This document shows positions 62,541 to 64,000 of a DNA stretch of 64,000 bases, one piece after another (position 1 is the first letter of the stretch; each line of letters opens with the position of its first letter). The position numbers were made by a program, and so were the translations under genes. The stretch comes from Antechinus flavipes. Lineage: Eukaryota. The notes under the pieces were generated by a model that did not search any database, was not told the origin of the DNA, and was given only the letters and a program-made list of their open reading frames with translations. The DNA lies in assembly GCF_016432865.1 (NCBI RefSeq), contig NC_067399.1, positions 465,062,001 through 465,126,000 of the forward strand. The letters are read 5' to 3'.

Positions 62541-62999
62541 TCTCCTTATGGTATCTCTGATTTAGCATATTCAAATGAAGTCTAGGGAAACTGAGGCCCA
62601 GAGAGGCCAAGTGACTTACTTGTAACACATATATTCAAGTTGGTAACCTGGAATCAGACTCAGATCTCTAACTTCTAAATCCATTGTGCTCTTTTCTCCA
62701 CAACTTCTGCCTCACTTGTTTACAAATAATCAGCACTAGCCTTATCAATATGCACTTTTATATTTTAAAAAAAAGTTGCATAAGTATTTTGGGCAACTCC
62801 TTTTCTAATACTATTAATCTACATATAAGGGAAAGTCAATAATATTATCAATAAGCTTATAGTAACTACTAATAAAAAAATCCATATTCTTTAGAAATAG
62901 GTAGAAATTAGTTATTGTTCATAAGAAATTGTGAGACTACCCAAATTTACATACAAGTTTAGCACTATTCTAGTTGAATTTTCCAATCACATTTTAACC

Positions 63000-63610
63000 T
63001 TAATAATTAATTATACTTTATAGAATCAGATAATCACAAAATTCATTTAGAAGAGCAGAAGGTCTAGAATTTCATTGGAAATAATGAGAAAAAATACTAA
63101 TGAAGGGAACATAGCATTACTAAACTTTTAATTATGTTACAAAGTAATAGCCATTAAAATTATTTGTTCTTGGTGGAAAATATGTTGTATACCAATGGAT
63201 ATCTAATTTGGATATATCAATTTCAAATTATGTAAGAAAAGAAAGTAAGCTTATGATACCCTTTGATTCAGTGGTTCAATTGTTGGACAAATATTCCAAA
63301 GATACCAAAGAGAGAAATTAATATTGCATATATGCTTAGTAGTCATAATAGCACTCTTTGTGGTAAGCAAAAAACTAGAAATAAAGAGTGTAGGGATTTT
63401 TATTGTAAAATAACTAAACAAATTATATGAATAATGGATTTCTATTGTATAGTAAAAAATGACAAATGAGAAATTTAGAAAAAATAAAAATATTTGTATG
63501 AATTGATGTAGCATGACATAAGCCTCACCTGAAGAACAATATACACATTGACTAAAAATAACAAAAATTTAAAGACCACTGAATAGGACTGATTGGGTGA
63601 AGTATGTCTC
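63000..63610 (+). mobile_element. Old L1 ORF2/3' fragments
   Basis: aaaattcatttagaagagcagaaggtctagaattt...aaattatgttacaaagtaatagccattaaaa...; gcactctttgtggtaagcaaaaaactagaaa. Confidence 0.6.
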
Positions 63611-63615
63611 AGTAT

Positions 63616-64000
63616 TGTCACATGATCCAGAACTGGGACCTTGGGGAGGTCATTTGATCTCTGGAAGGATGAATTTTGAATCTGAGATACAGGAAGTTGC
63701 AGGAAATGACGTGATCTTGTGGGAGGCAGCCAGCATGGGTGATTATTGGTCAAGGATGGTTATGTCCTTTTTATCTATCCAGTGAGGAGGGTCCAATCTT
63801 CTGCTTTTAAACCCTGGACAAGCTGGAAGCAGGTTAGGTTCCAGGAGTAGATGGTGGAAGTTGGGATGGCTCCCAGGTGTGTGTCTGGGCTTCTCCCTGG
63901 CCCAGGGGATTAAATAAATGTTTTCTCTTTGTAGCTGATGTCTCTGATTAGTTAATTGGATTGGGAAAGGGGATCTTGCACCCAACCCGTCCCACATACC
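63616..64000 (+). mobile_element. Candidate ERV LTR, cut by the window end
   Basis: Abrupt GC rise starting TGTCAC; TGACGT at ~63707, TATA-like ttttaaa at ~63806, AATAAA at ~63914. Confidence 0.55.

Noticed and set aside
1-64000. CRISPR arrays, operons, tRNA or rRNA genes
   Set aside because: None seen. The tRNA-like A/B boxes present belong to CORE-SINEs, and the DNA is clearly mammalian.

Overview
Mammalian genomic DNA, almost certainly an Australian marsupial. Evidence: WSINE1-type and MAR1 CORE-SINEs, a BovB/RTE LINE, a full-length 7SL retrocopy and a dasyuromorph-like L1; the exact species is not determinable. The window holds a conserved gene cluster that I recall from human 9q33: the CpG-island first exon of a minus-strand gene at ~3.7-4.4 kb (RC3H2/Roquin-2, called by synteny only), ZBTB6 (-, CDS 9565-10845), ZBTB26 (-, CDS 19524-20849, with a 140-N gap in the zinc fingers) and RABGAP1 (+, promoter ~32.0-32.3 kb, first coding exon 52149-52348). 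The rest is intron and intergenic DNA rich in L2, MIR, L1, RTE, LTR and DNA-transposon relics. No prokaryotic features or CRISPR arrays. I found no clearly new multi-gene system. The most unusual items are (i) an internal L1 RT fragment flanked by an 11-bp direct repeat and split by a 140-bp copy of DNA lying 1 kb away, and (ii) a young ~85-nt polyadenylated retrocopy with a 12-bp TSD that resembles an ERV LTR 3' end. Also notable are candidate uORFs in RC3H2 and RABGAP1 and a perfect inverted pair of CGCG (BANP-type) motifs at the RC3H2 start. Repeat family names come from recalled consensus sequences, not a database search, and repeat boundaries are approximate.
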